A stretch of DNA of 64,000 nucleotides, from NCBI GenBank assembly GCA_951406725.2, contig OX597820.1:66092001-66156000 (forward strand), in the 5' to 3' direction. Position 1 is the first letter of the stretch. Each line of letters begins with the position of its first letter. This document shows positions 63,336 through 64,000 of this stretch, piece after piece. Position numbers and translations under genes: made by a program. The notes beneath the pieces are model-generated. The model searched no databases. It saw nothing but the letters and a program-made list of their open reading frames with translations, and was not told the DNA's origin. The stretch comes from Octopus vulgaris (Eukaryota).

Positions 63336-64000
63336 AAGGTGCTCACGGTTCCAAGTGATGGTGTTAAAACGGGCAGTAGTTTAAGTCTAGTAGACTTGGT
63401 GGGATTTGAACTCAAATCGCAAAGACCCGGACAAATTAGAAGTTGAACTCATACAATACTGCACGGCATTTTTGTCCGAAGCTTCCTAACGATGCTACAG
63501 AGGCACTGTCTTTACTAAAAACAATAACAATAATCGAATTTTGGGGAAAATTTCTTTATAGAAACAATGTTTTGTTTGGTGCTAGAAGTGTATATCGGTA
63601 GCGTATTTGTATTGCTTCAGTGGCTCCTGGTAAAATTCGAAAAAGTATTGCTGACTTCGGGTACTTTAAAAGAAAAATAACTCTCTCCTATTTCGTGCAT
63701 GATGTCCAGTTCAAGTTAGGAAGGTCATTTCGTCTAGATTGTAATTAATTTCCTCTTTAATTTTAATGAAATATCTCTCTTCTTAATATACCTAATTAAT
63801 AAGTTACCTGTTAAATCTCACTGAAGATTTCTCAAAAAGACTGAAATAATATTATACATGAATACATGATTAACACCAACTTGAAATTCTAAAAACTTTG
63901 TAAACAATAAAAAAATAAATTGAACATCTGAACCCTATCCATCTTTTTCCTTGTATGCTTTAATTTCAAACTCAGATTTCTAATCACGCTTCGTCTTGTG

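Overview
Repeat-saturated, AT-rich animal genomic DNA. The SINE families and microsatellite load point to an octopod cephalopod (inference). I found no host exon, tRNA or rRNA gene, so this looks like a gene desert or a very large intron, and almost all listed ORFs are translated microsatellites. The real coding remnants are all transposon-derived: a young 5'-truncated CR1-type LINE with a 15-bp TSD and one frameshift (43551-45488), about eight fragments of R4/Dong-type restriction-like-endonuclease (RLE) LINEs, an RTE LINE, a Penelope-type RT fragment, a Gypsy integrase fragment and a mariner fragment. There are also three or four SINE families, Helitron/Helentron-like elements and two adjacent ~770-bp foldback elements, one carrying inverted TTAGGG tracts. 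The strongest signal is a microsatellite-partitioned set of mobile elements. (i) Short inserts in (TA)n carry at least five unrelated minimal type-I hammerhead-ribozyme-like motifs with non-canonical cores, and one insert starts at its own predicted cleavage site. (ii) Four RLE-LINE families plus a non-coding element are stacked co-directionally in (TAA)n arrays, and another RLE family sits next to (CATA)n. (iii) The dominant SINE carries an internal microsatellite that acts as a landing pad, and shares its 3' stem-loop tail with a CR1-like LINE found in the window. Coordinates were read by eye and element ends may be off by a few bases.
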